Assembly: GCA_001244265.2 (NCBI GenBank)
Contig: CDLV01000004.1
Location: 3,410,001 to 3,474,000, forward strand
DNA: 64,000 bases
Source: Microbotryum violaceum
Taxonomy: Eukaryota
Direction: 5' to 3'
Shown here: positions 32,077-44,380 of the stretch, piece by piece
Layout: each line of letters begins with the position of its first letter
Numbering within the stretch: position 1 is the stretch's first letter
Made by a program: the position numbers and the translations under genes
The notes under the pieces: model-generated
Databases searched by the model: none
Told to the model about the DNA's origin: nothing
The model's input: only the letters and a program-made list of their open reading frames with translations

Positions 32077-33777
32077 GATGCATCATTGGCGTCCTGAACA
32101 TTCCTTCTACGTCTCTGCTTGGGTTGCACAAACTAAGCAAGGAGCGGAATGGCCGAAGTTCTTTGCGGATATGAATAGTCTCTTGACTTCTCGAGCAGTA
32201 GCGGTTTCTGTACCAATCACGTCACATAAAGATTGTGTTCATTTCCGCGATGCCACTCCTATATCACTTTCACAACAAAAAGGTACCCCGCTGAAAGATC
32301 ATTTGATGCTCCATTGGTTTGTTTCTCCGGCCTCCCGCCTACTTCAAACTTTGAACTTGCTCGCCAGCAGCCTTGATCTGTTGGGCCAATGACTAAGTCA
32401 GTACCAGCTCTTGGCTCTGCGCCGCACCAAACACTCACGATGGCACTGCAAGTCGTTTCCGCATTTGCCCCTTGTGGCACCGTGTAGACGACGCCAAGTT
32501 TTTTGGCGAGGTCCACCGTCATTTTCCTGCAGTGGAGAGTTGCCCAACCATGGCTGAGCCAAGTTCTTGCAGTGTTGCATCAAGCGTAACTAGTACCACC
32601 GGCGGGAGGTTGCATTTTTTTTTTCGGGACGGTCAGTGTCAGCGTCAATCAATGTATATTCAGTTTCGGCAAGAAGTGACTCACACTTGGACTTCTTTGC
32701 TGGCGGAGCCCGAGGGGGTGCCTCCAGTGCGCTCAACACACGTTTGCTGCCTACAATGGCCTGAGCGGTGTGTGGCATAGGATAGTAAGCAAGTTTTAGT
32801 AAAGGAATTGCCGATCGGGTTCATGCCGCAAGCCAACTCTCTTTACCGTGACCCGGCACCTATGGCCACCTCCTCAACCCCAGCTTCCTCCTCCAAACTT
32901 CCTGCGTGCCCGGCTTTCCCTTTAACTTCGTATCGCTTGAGAGACGCCTGAATGGCGAGTGTTGGGGTTAGGACAATGTCCCCCATAACCATATCAATGA
33001 CGTAACCGACAACAACTTGAGGGGAAGCATTTGCGCCTTTTCCCTCAAGCGAACCTTTGCCCTTTCTCGAGGTCTTGTAGAGGGACTTTTTGCGAGCGAT
33101 TGTGGCGGCGCAGTTCCACACCTTGACAAGTACATCCTCAATCGTCTACTGCGTCCACTTTTTGATGTCTTGTCTGATGTCCGCCAACGCACCAAACCTG
33201 CGGTTGTATGTAGCCAATTGATTGGCAAGTGCGAACAGCTTGAACATGTCGTCGCCCAGAGCGCTTGCGATAGAATCGCCGACCTTGTTCAGTCGCTCTG
33301 TAGTTGTGTAAGAACTCGGTCAGTTGTCCACGCTTCATGAATGCTGACAGCCTTTAAACCTAGGTGAACGCACTGGGGACGGCCGTAGCTGGATAGGTTA
33401 GAGGGAACAAAGATTGAGCATCGCACTCCGGTGTCGCTCGGGCTGCAGACGACCGAAAGTGCTCACCTCTCATCACCATTGGGTACGCTTCGTTGGCCAA
33501 GCGCCTCTGTCAAAAGGAGTTTCGAGATCACCAAGTCAGAGATGCCGCTCGCCCATGCCAACGCGCGGCATCTCGCGATCGAGTCAGGGCTCTAACCGAC
33601 TTACGGCTTCGTTGTAGCACTCATCGTCGATTTCCTGATCATCATCTTCCGAGTCCTCCTTGTTTCCTCCTTGATCATCGTCGTCGCCATCCGAGGTGTC
33701 TGCCCATCCGTTGCCCTGCATTTGTGGCGCACGCAAGATGGATCAGCTCACATCGAAAGTGGGCATGTTGAGTCAGA

Positions 33778-34656
33778 TCAATCGTGTTGGCTCAGGCCTA
33801 CCATCGTCTCCTGTTGATTGCTGCTGGCACGAATCGATTTGTTGGCGTTACCTGCTCCTTGCTTGTTGGACTTCTTGAATGCTGGCTTGCGTCCAGGATG
33901 TTGGAACTTTGGGTTGTTGGCAATGTATTGGGCAATTTCGTTCTGGTGCACGTTCCGAATGCCCTCGAGGATCTTGCCAAGCCAGATGACGGGCTTGTAC
34001 GAGCATGAGCACAGACCCAGGAATGGGCCAACATGTTCAAGAGACTCAAGAATTGAGATTGCCGGCGCGAAGATCGGAGTGAAATAACCTGATTGTAGAT
34101 GTTTGAGGTAGAGAGAGCAAACATCGATCGTGTCGTCTTCCCACTTCGACCGGATGAAGCTCGTAACCGACTTCCTTCCCTGGCGCAGATCACTTTCGTA
34201 GAGATGCCTTTTGGGGTTAGCCACTTTCAGAATCATTTCCCCGTCCTTGTTGCGGAGGATGAAGTCGAGGCGCAATTTGGGCTTCGCCTTGGGGGCAATG
34301 CCAGTGTCGTCAATGTTTGCTGACTTCTCGGCGTTGGCCTCTTCACGGGTCCAAAGAACGGCAGCCTTAACGTGGGGAGGTCGTCGGCGAAGCGTGAACA
34401 ATGAAGAGTTTGAGCCTTGTTGGGCGCTCGAGGACGTGATTCGATTGGCCTGGTCCACAGCCGACGTTGATGACACCCCGCTTGTCCTCGCAAGGAGCTC
34501 CATGTGCTTTGTTTGGAGCTCACAGAGGTCACGGAATATGGCTGCGTGCAGGGGATTGTGTAACAGCTCGGCTTTGGTGGCCAAGCGTATCACATTAATC
34601 CTAGCATCTCCCACGTCGTTTAACCCAACACCGAGGTGATCGTCTTGCTCGCTCAT
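33778..34656 (-). CDS. Hypothetical protein divergent from the CACTA transposase (probable element accessory gene)
   Basis: 292-aa ORF with protein-like composition and a 'PFLGLCSCSYK' motif. Further broken minus-strand frames continue to ~32250. Confidence 0.5.
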   Translation of the reverse strand: MSEQDDHLGVGLNDVGDARINVIRLATKAELLHNPLHAAIFRDLCELQTKHMELLARTSGVSSTSAVDQANRITSSSAQQGSNSSLFTLRRRPPHVKAAVLWTREEANAEKSANIDDTGIAPKAKPKLRLDFILRNKDGEMILKVANPKRHLYESDLRQGRKSVTSFIRSKWEDDTIDVCSLYLKHLQSGYFTPIFAPAISILESLEHVGPFLGLCSCSYKPVIWLGKILEGIRNVHQNEIAQYIANNPKFQHPGRKPAFKKSNKQGAGNANKSIRASSNQQETMVGLSQHD

Positions 34657-35234
34657 AGCCTGGACAAGGTGGCTGCCACGGTTGGGACGTTGGGAAAGGA
34701 GCGTCGATCGATAGGTAGGCTCGCAGCATGTTTGCCTGCAGGGACGCAGGTGCCTGTGGTATCTGCACGGGTGCGCATGCGTTTAGGGATTAGTCCCTTT
34801 AGTATTGCAGTTGGATCTCCTTAAATTAGAGACCGTCACGCGGCTATTTACTTTTGCTACTATAGTTTAAAGTTCTCATTCGCTTTGCATTGTGCTCCTG
34901 ACTTCTTGGCTTCGCTACCTCTACCCTATCAGAAGGTCAGTTGATGGAATTGTACAATAACTCGCTCTACATTATGGTCCTGACGTCTCGACGTCGCTAT
35001 CCTTCTCCTGTCGGAAGACTACCTTCGCGCTCACACCGTTTCTGCGATCTCGCGCCCTCGAGTCAAACTCGGTCGGGCTGGCGCGCGCTCAGCTTCCCTT
35101 CCATCACTTCAGATAGTGCATGGAACTCCTCCCGCATGTTCAGTGAGTATGACTACGCCTCTTGCGTCAGAAGTTCGTCTCTGAAACTCAAGTAATCTCC
35201 TTCCATCCAGTTCCGGTTTGAAGTCACCGATCAA

Positions 35235-38200
35235 ATGCGGTACCTGTGCCAATGCTTCCTGAATGGCTGTGGTGTGCGCGCCAGCAGTCGGATCCATGCA
35301 AAGTCGACCATATACAACCATCGAAAAGAAGATGAGTTGTATTTCAACAGCCTTTGCAAGCGTGGATTAGACGTATCGGACGAGCTCTTACAAGCCATCG
35401 CGTGGTCCGGCACAAAGCTCGAACCCGAACCTCTCGACTCGCTGCATCCCCACCCCAGCCCATCACCTTCGAACCTCGATCCGCACCATGATGATGATCT
35501 CGGTCATAACATGCTACCAAAAGACACTTCACAATCGAATTATTCCGATTTGACCCCTGAATTTGATGATCAAGGTCCTGCATTCGACCCCGAATTTGGC
35601 GGAGGGGGGGACTCCCCATTTGGCCAAGGCGCGCTCCCTCTTGACGACAAGCATAATAGCGAATCCGACAAGGAGACAGTGTTCAATATGACACCCAAAA
35701 CTCCCCACAACTCTGGATCCTCGTCGAGCGAGGACAATGCGGACCACAACAAGAGCGAGGGGAACGTCGAGGGAAGTGGCGATAACGAGGACAATAGAGG
35801 CACGAGCTGGAACTGGCTCAAGACAGGGCTGGCTGAGTACGTCCGGGACGAGATTGGCGGTGATGACGACGATCATTTGGCGAATGTGCAAGCTGAGCGC
35901 GATCTATGGAACGAGGAAATCGACATCAATGTGACTGATCCCGACGTCTTACGAGCCCTAGATCCCATTGAGACGCTGTATCATCCTGCGGCGGATGCGC
36001 CACGCGGTCCACCACCTTGTTGCACGCAATTATCCGATCTCAGTCCTGAGCAGATGTTGTCCCTCCGTTGCTACATCCGAGCCGAGGGAAGTGGCATGAG
36101 CGTGGAGCAATACAACGAGCTACTTGCGGAAGCATGCCATCAGAAGGGTGTGGACCTGAAGGACTGCATGTTGCTTGAGAGCACAGGTCGCTGGTTCAAT
36201 GCGGTATCGGGCCTTGTCCCCGAGTACTTCAATACCTGTGTCCATGGTCATGTCGAATTTGTCGGACCGCGTGCTAATCAGATGAGCTGCGACGCCAAGG
36301 CAAAGAAGCCTGGGCCCATCAACCCGCGGACAAACAAAGGTCAGCAGGTGCCCGCGGTGTGACGAAGCGAGGTTTGAGACGGAGCGAGACTGTTGCGGTG
36401 GGACTGTACGCAAGCCTCGACAGCAGGCCATTTTCCTGGACCCGGTACCCAGAATCGAGGCCGCGTTCGCCAGTGCTCAGCAGGCCAAACTGCTTCGGTC
36501 CTTATACGAGGACCTCATGTCGTTTATCAAGAGGCGATCCGAGTCGGGCAACCCGGACACAGGGGGCTACTTCGATCTATCATCCGGTCAAGCACTGGCA
36601 CGAGCGCACAACCTTGGCGCTTTCCATGACGAGAGGAATTGCTTCTTTGGAATTTCATCAGATGGCGCTCTAGTGCAGGAACAACAGACAGGCTCGTTGT
36701 GGATATGGTCGGTCACGCTTTACAACATTCCGATCAATTTGGGTTGCTACAGTCGTGACAACACATTTATTCTCATGATCGCTCCGTGCGCAACGACACC
36801 GACCAACCTCGACACTTTTGCGTGTATAATCTTGAAGCGGTTCGAGGAGGCGGCCCGAGGGATTTGGTGTTTCGATTCGCTCACACAAGTGTGGTTCCTC
36901 TGGCGCGGCATCATCCTCTTCTTCCTTGCGGACCTCATGGGTCAAGCGAAGCAGTCGGGGTTCGCAATGAGCCGCGCTCTCGTCCCCTGCATGAATTGCG
37001 AGATCATCGCCGGAACCAAGGACAATGGCGCCGGACGCTTTCCAGTTGAGGACGGCCGCGCAACCTACGAAGTGAAGAAGAGGGTCAGCAAGAAGAAGCG
37101 TAAGACGGACAACGATGAAGACGACAACGGCGACGCCAACAATGATGACGATGCCGACGACGAGGGCGGCAATGACGTCGTGAGGGGTCAGAAGAAGCGG
37201 GGCAGAACCTTATCGAGAGCGCAAAAAAAAAGTCAACATGATACGGCCAGTCGACGGCTACTACGCGCACAACGGTGCTCCGAGCCCCGAACCCCGAACG
37301 CTGCAACGCTACAAAGCCCAAATCTCGAAGGCATTCGATCCCAAGCTCGACGCCAAGACAAGAGCCCAGTACCGCACTCGCTTCGGGATCACGGCAATCC
37401 CGCTCGCGGCCAGGTTGAGACTCTTTGACGTTCCCTCCTCGTTCACCACCGACATCGCCCATCTGTTGGCCACCAACATCCCAACTCTGATGTGGAAGTC
37501 GCCAAAAGCTTGGCAGTCCGTACCCAACGGGAAAACAATTCTTGCAAAAGTGGGCACTCTGATTGAGGACGCCAAGTGGACAACCCCAAGCGCGTTCGGC
37601 AGGTATCTTCGCAATCCTCACACCAAGGCCAACACAAATTACACGATGCACGAATGGATTCAATTTGTATTGAACGTATCGGTCCCCGTCCTCCGCAATG
37701 TGGGCATGCTGGGACCATACATCGCGCACTGGGCCGACTTTGTCAGGCTGGTCCGGCTCGTGTTGGATTGGAGCCCCTCCAGCGCCAAGAGGATTGACTT
37801 GATTGATCGCCTTGCCAACCGGTTCGTATGCGGACAAGAGCGCCTCTTTGTCAAGTACGATTACAAGAGTATCAAGGCCATGCTGTTGCTGTCCATTGAC
37901 TTTGGCATCTTGGAGAATGGATTTGCATCGTTGGAAATCTCAGCCTGGTGTGGCAGATGGTACTCGAACGCATCATAGGCTATGTCAAGAAGCCCCCGAT
38001 GTCGAACAGCGCACCGGTCAAGAAGGCGAGTCCCTTCGCGGCATCTGCTCTGTCCGAGAACGCTCTTGCTGAGGGCAACAATCCTCCCTCCTTATCTTGC
38101 AGGCGGTTACCAGGCAGCAGATGACGTGCTGGGCGATGGCTGATCCGGCGGTGGCAGGGTTGCGGGATGAACTGTTACCAGCGCCATCGCAGCCCAAGAC

Positions 38201-38271
38201 AGGGAACATTCTGACGGGGTTCTCACCCGAGGAGACACGGGCTAGCGAGGACTGGGCAAGCGAGTGTGAAG
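35235..38271 (+). mobile_element. CACTA/En-Spm-type (Tnp2-like) transposase 1, frameshifted; main part
   Basis: 'FGISSDG..SLWIWSVTLYNIP', 'FLADLMGQAKQSG..PCMNC', 'RFGITAIP..FTTDIAHLL' and 'ERIIGYVK' across ORFs 35235-36362, 36517-37428 and 37238-37978. Confidence 0.8.
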
Positions 38272-38508
38272 TGTAGAAATCGAACAGCGATGTGCTGAAC
38301 GAGTTGGCGGCAGTGGCAAGCCAATGAGTTCGTAATCAAGTGGGATTGCAATAAAGGAGTTCTTCACACACCTGAACGAGTTGGCGGCAGTGGCAAGCCA
38401 ATGAGTTCGTAATCAAGTGGAGAAGAAGAAGGAAAGACGCGATTGGACCGCGCGGCTAATACAAATAGAGACGCGCGCTAGGCAGATTTAAGGCAAGAGT
38501 AATCTACC

Positions 38509-41500
38509 TCAACACCCCCCTTGCTCTTGGCCTGAAATGCGGCGCAGACCGATGGCGTCACAATGACGCTGGAAGACTACTCGCGGCAGCGGCTTGGTGA
38601 AAATGTCGGCAACCATATCGTGGGTTGGGATGTAGGTGACCGAGATCTCTCCATTCCGAACATGCTCCCGAACGAAATGCTCCAACATGCGCAAATGTTT
38701 GGTGCGAGCGTGGAAGACCGGATTCTGGGTGAGCGCTATAGCTCCCTGGTTATCCCGAGAAGACGTAAAGGGGACGACGTATCGAGACCGAGTTCGGTGA
38801 GGAGCGAGCGAAGGAAGACAGCCTCCTTGGCTGCATGCGAGAGGCCCAGGTACTCCGCTTCCGTGGATGAACAAGCTACGCGAGGTTGGAGACGAGATGA
38901 CCATGAGATGGCCCCACCCGCCAGTTTGAACAAGTAACCCATAGTGGACCTCGACGTCTGTATGTCCGATCCCCAGTCCGAGTCAGAGTACCCCTCGTAC
39001 CCCAGCAGAGGCGCACTGGTGCGCGTGTAGTGTATGCCAAGATCGAGCGATCCTTTGATGTAACGAAGGACGCGTTTGGCCGCCTCGAGGTGAGTGTCGC
39101 TAGCCTTGCCGACGAAACGTGACAGATATTCGACGGAGTGGGCTAGATCAGGGCGAGTGGCAACAACAGCGTACATGAGTGAGCCGATCATGGAACGGTA
39201 GATGGCATTGTCGGCGGAGTCTGTATCGGGTTCCGGCGAAAGCTGTAGGTTGGCTTCCATGGGTGACTTGCAGGGGTTGCAGTCGGACATGTTGAAGCGA
39301 TCCAAGACGTCAAGGAGGTATTGACGCTGGAGAAGGGGGATCCCGCCATCGTCGTGTCGTACGACCTGAACCCCGAGTACCCATTCGGCCGGGCCGAGGC
39401 GTTTGACTCCGTAGAGGGTGTCGAGTTGGTCAAGGACTCGATCGATTTCCCCGAGATCCGGCCCAAAGAAGAGTAGATCGTCGACGTAGAGTGCAATGTA
39501 GTGATCACCCCCAGCGTCCTCATGACGATAGATGCATTCGTCGCAGGCGAGGCGACGATAGCCGAGACTCGCGAGCGTGGCGTTGATCGTGTCGTTCCAC
39601 ACTCGACCTGCCTGCTTGAGACCGTAGATCGATCGATGAAGGCGGAGGCATTTGCCTTCGTAGCCTTCGATGCCAGTTGGAACCCGCATGTAGATCTCCT
39701 CCTCCAGCACACCGTGAAGATAGGCCTTGTCAACGTCGGCTTGAATGATGTGGTGGCCCTTCGAGGCCGAGTGCGCGATGAGCGTGCGGATGGAGGTGTA
39801 CTTAGCCGTGGGTGAGAAGGTGTTGTTGAAGCTGTTTGGGCCTTGTGCGCAGCCCTGTGCAACAATGCGGTTCTTCAGTGAAACCATCTTCCCGGCTTTG
39901 TCGCGTTTGGTTCGAAAGACGTGACGACTTGGTAAGATCGTAGCTCCTTTGGGCACGGAGGATAGTCCGACGACGCTGAACACCTTGAGATCGTCTTTCA
40001 TCAAGCGGAATTCCTCAATGGCTCCCGCTTTCCATGCCGCGGCGTGAGGATGGCGCATGGCCTCATTCCACGTGGTGGGATCACTGCTCGGGAGCGAGAA
40101 CGGGTCCTCTGGTTCCGAGAGCGGTCGATTCGCCGTCGAGGTGTCAATGCCCGCCGCGTCGAGATCAGCAACAAGTTCGGTTACCTCCTTGCCTAGAGAG
40201 AATGCGAAGGCAGAAGGGGTCGAGCGCAAAGATGCTAGGGCGCCGTAACGAGGTGGGGGGTTGCGCGGGCGCGAACCCAGGGGTGGCTGCCACGCGGGCC
40301 CCGGTGCGTCGAAACGTAAAGCAGCCGGAAGCTCCGCTTGGTCGGGGGGTGCCTGATTGGCATGCTGGTCAGGGAGTACAACGACTTCGTCATCGTCGTC
40401 GTCGTCGCCTGCGACGGGCGCGTGAGCTGCTGTGATGCCCTCCCGCCTGGCTGGGAACTCGTCCTCGAAGAATTTGACGCTGCGCGATTTGAAAACTTGT
40501 CTGGTAGCGGGGTCAAACAGTCGGTATCCCTTGGATTCGAGATCGTAGCCGACGAATACGAGTGGAATGCCCCGCGGATCGAGTTTGCTGCGCGCTTCGG
40601 TGGTAGCTGCCTTCCACGCTCTGCAGCCGAATACGCGGAGATGGCCGGCTGACGGCTTCGATCCGTGCCAACGCGTGTGTGGTGTGACGCCTGAATTTGC
40701 CGAGTGTGGTGAGCGATTTTTGACGTAGACATATGTCGCCAATGCCTCGGCCCACAAAGCGTGAGATAGACCCGACTGGTGGAGCATTGATCGGACACCC
40801 TCGGTGATCGAGCGATTTGCGCGTTCGGCAACCCCGTTTTGCTGAGGGGCATCGGGAATCGAAAGCTGACGAGTGATGCCTTGTTCTTCCAGGAAGCTCG
40901 AGAACTCGTTCGACAAGAATTCACCACCGTTGTCGGAGCGGACTGCCAGGAGTTTTCTCGACGAGGAGCGCTCGACCTTTGCAAGCCACGACTTGAAGGC
41001 CGCAAAGGTATCGGACTTGTGCGACATCGGAATTGCCCAGAGATATCGGGTGTAATCATCGACAATGACGAGGGCGTATTTTGCGCCGCCTAACGACACG
41101 GCGCCGTCGAACGCAAGAAGGTCCATGTGGACTCGATCAAGAGGCTGGGCTGAACGATTCGACGCGACGGTGGGGAAAGGGTGATGTGTGATCTTCCCAG
41201 CCTGGCATGTATCACATTTCAAGTCTGCGTTCAATGCTACCTCCATGTTGACTCCCAGCACAGCCTCAGTTGAGATCAGCTGTCGTAGAGCGCGTGGGTG
41301 AAGGTGAGCGAAACGTCCGTGCATGATGGAGACGGGGACGGCCGCGAACGCACGTGGGGACGCACCCGGTTGCTCGATGAGAGTAGTGACGTCGACTAGG
41401 GAAGCATGCATGTGGTACAAGCCGTTCGTGATCTCCCCGGTGTGGCAAATCGACCCGTCGACTGAGACCGTTGCTTTGCCTCGGGAAAGGTTGATGTCGT

Positions 41501-42567
41501 AGCCCGCGGCGTTGGCGCGACTGGCGGAGAAGAGGCTGACCGGCGCGCTGGGGACGAACAACGCGTGGTGGAGTTGACCGATGCTGCCGTCGAAGGAGCG
41601 AACGACAGCGGAACCGACGCCTTCGATCGAATTGACCGCCTCGCCCGTGATGCCCTCGAGCGGAGCAGGCTTGCACTTGCGGAAGTTGGTGAAACAAGCG
41701 CGATCGTTGACGATGTGATGCGTCGCGCCGCTGTCGAGGATGAGGGAAGGTTTGGCCAATGTGGACATCGCTGCGGTGAGGTATCCGCGGACCGGGCCGT
41801 CTACCAACGTCGAGATGTCGGGAGCAGCGGCGAGTGATGCGGACGGCGCGGAGGAGGCCTTGGACTTCTTGTCCTTGACGGGGCATTTTCGATTCCAGTG
41901 AGGACCTCCACAGTGTCGGCACGGAGCTGACGGAGTCGATGAAGATCTGTCCGTCGCGGTCAAGCTAGCTACCATCGCCACGGGCTTGTGTGCCGGCGTG
42001 GATTCAGCTTGAGTCTGAAGCGTTTGAAGCGCTTCAATCGGATCAGGGAGCTTGTCGAGGTCTTGACGGAGCGCTTGAGTATAGTACTCCTTGTAGAGGT
42101 CCTTGCCAAAGTGGATCAAGCGTATCGAGATGACCTGGTCAAAGGTAAGGTTGTATCCCGAAAGAGTGTTAAACAGCTCAATGGTGTTGGCTTGGTACTT
42201 CTCGAACGCGTTGACACCGGAGGGAGGCGGACCCGCATCGAGCAGGGCTTGGAGCTTGATGAAGATGTCGGTGACTGTGCCTGCTGCGACCGCTTTCTTG
42301 ATCATCTTCAAGACGTCGGTGGGAGTGTGATCGAATCCATCTTTGATCTGCTTCTTGATGTTGAGGGAGACCGAGCGCCTCAAGAGCGCGATCGCTTGGA
42401 AGTTGGCGTGCTCCAGGTCGGTGCGCGCGTTGGGTTTCTGAATGGGCGTCGCAAGCGTGCAGTTCCAATAGTCGCCCCGAGAGCTCCACGGACGTCGTTG
42501 ATCCATTGCGACCAGCCTCCCGCGTTGCGCAGGTGGCATGACGGGTCGATATCGCGGGGTTTGACAT
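38509..42567 (-). CDS. Copia Gag-PR-IN-RT-RNaseH polyprotein (three apparent 1-nt frameshifts, probably artefacts)
   Basis: CRHCGGPHWNRKC, LDSGAT, SDNGGEF, QQNGVAER, DVDKAYL, LYVDD, SDSDW, SSTEAEY and ADIFTK in Copia domain order. Confidence 0.92.
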
Positions 42568-42657
42568 AGACGATAGAGGTTGTTCCCCCTGATACCACAG
42601 TGTCCGTATCACCGGGCATGATGACTTGATGACTCGAGTTGGCTGAGCCGCTACGTT

Positions 42658-42669
42658 GGGCTCGTAACC
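42658..42669 (-). other. Primer-binding site of the internal tRNAiMet-fragment type
   Basis: GGTTACGAGCCC directly after the 5' LTR. It resembles the Ty5/copia-type GGTTATGAGCCC with 1 mismatch. Confidence 0.7.
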
Positions 42670-42917
42670 TGTAGAAATCGAACAGCGATGTGCTGAACGA
42701 GTTGGCGGCAGTGGCAAGCCAATGAGTTCGTAATCAAGTGGGATTGCAATAAAGGAGTTCTTCACACACCTGAACGAGTTGGCGGCAGTGGCAAGCCAAT
42801 GAGTTCGTAATCAAGTGGAGAAGAAGAAGGAAAGACGCGATTGGACCGCGCGGCTAATACAAATAGAGACGCGCGCTAGGCAGATTTAAGGCAAGAGTAA
42901 TCTACCTCAACATGAAG

Positions 42918-43441
42918 CATGGCGGAGGTGGGGACAAAACAAAGCGAGTCGCGTGAAGGCCGCGATCGTCGGCGAGAACGTCGTGCGGTGGGAACATTAC
43001 GGGCGTGCGGCGATTCCCGGTGGTAAGGGGCAGTACCTCTCGACAACGAGACGCGAGGGTGCGAGCCACCGAAACCGCAGGCAGGCCTCGCGTTTCTTGA
43101 CGACCTCGTTCACTTCCTCGGGAGCTCGAGCTTCGAAAATGAAGCCGGTCTACACCGTCGGCCGAGCCATGGCCATCGTTCGCGTGCCCAACAATGTCGA
43201 TGTTGGCGAGCTCGGTGCATCGCGCCTCGTCGTCGTCGCCGAGCTGTATCCACCGGCCCAACGTTTGCACAATGCGATGCCGTACGTGCACATCGAGTCG
43301 ACGAACCCTGCCGTGCTTCCGTTCGAGGCCGTGGAGAAGCTGCTGGGAGCGTACTACTCGCCACGAGAGCCAAGGATGTACGTGTTCAAGGACGTCTTTG
43401 ACAACGATGGATCGACCTTTGTGAAGCTCTTCGAGCCATAG
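42918..43441 (+). mobile_element. C-terminal part of CACTA transposase 1, resuming after Copia F
   Basis: 'VRWEHYGRAAIPGGKGQYLST..RRQASRF' continues directly past the TGAAG TSD. Confidence 0.65.
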
Positions 43442-44350
43442 TCCTAAAGTTGGATGACCGGAGGCGACTGCTTGAGCATCACAGGCGGCAATGGATAACA
43501 TTCGCAGGACAGATTTGGTAGGACTTACGTCGAGTATCCTATGTTACATACGAGAGAGCGAAGGGCAGCAAGGCAGGGAGAGTAGTAGTTTGGTGAGGGT
43601 GCGTCTGTTGCAGTCAGCGGTAAAAAGTCTGAAGATTTACTATTTTACGTTTTGATTATATTTCCATGCTAAAAGCATAACATACTTCCTTTAAAAATCT
43701 TGCCCTGGCCTCACAAATGATTAGCTTTCAGTACACTTAGTGTGACCAAGTGATACTACACTTCTTAATTCTTCTCCGTTCGCTCTCGCAAAGTGTTGTT
43801 CAGTGCGAGATACATAGCATCCCAAATCCATCATAACGTCGACTCCAAAGGACCGCGTGCGGCAGCTCCGCCGGGTCGGGCCGTTGATGGACGAATGTCG
43901 CCTGACTGTGCCCCCGACCGACTTGCGCCCGACTCGTGATTCGACTAACCCCTGACCTGCGCTCGACTGGCTGACGACTTGCGACATCCCAACTCGCGCC
44001 CGACCTGACGTTCCTTAGAGAGTGACGCCCGCGTCCACGCGTCAACGACAGCGAGACCACGCCTGAGCTCTGTAGAAGAAGTGTCATGCAAACCCACGCG
44101 CTTGCTATACATTAAATCCCACACAAACTGCCCAAATAGTTGGGCACCCCGCCAAAAATCAACAAAAAAATTCCTCGGACTGTAGCTCGACTTTTATGGT
44201 GCAGAAAATGCGAAAAGGGTCGTACATGACTTCTGGTCGCTACGCCAATATAACAGGCAGGTGCGGCAGACGCAATACTGTACTGGTACATTCACTATAG
44301 GCGGCCCTCTGGGCCGCAACGCAGTCAAAAACAGCGATTTCAGGTACATG

Positions 44351-44380
44351 GTCGCGGATCGACACTTTTTTTTACTAGTT
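44351..44380. other. Transposon terminus (CACTA-like TIR or Helitron 3' end) that truncates the hAT gene
   Basis: Reverse complement reads AACTAGTAAAAAAAA (CACTA-like, 1 mismatch). Alternatively a weak hairpin GTCG..CGAC followed by CTAG|T. Ambiguous. Confidence 0.4.

Larger units (their letters stand above)
38272..42912 (-). mobile_element. Full-length Ty1/Copia element F
   Basis: Identical 243-bp LTRs at 42670-42912 and 38272-38514. TSD TGAAG at 38267-38271 and 42913-42917. Polypurine tract (PPT) GAGCAAGGGGGG. Confidence 0.98.

Noticed and set aside
44110-44135. Inverted-repeat partner of 46736-46760 (CACACAA.ACTGCCC)
   Set aside because: Short, gapped similarity with no TSD; chance cannot be excluded.
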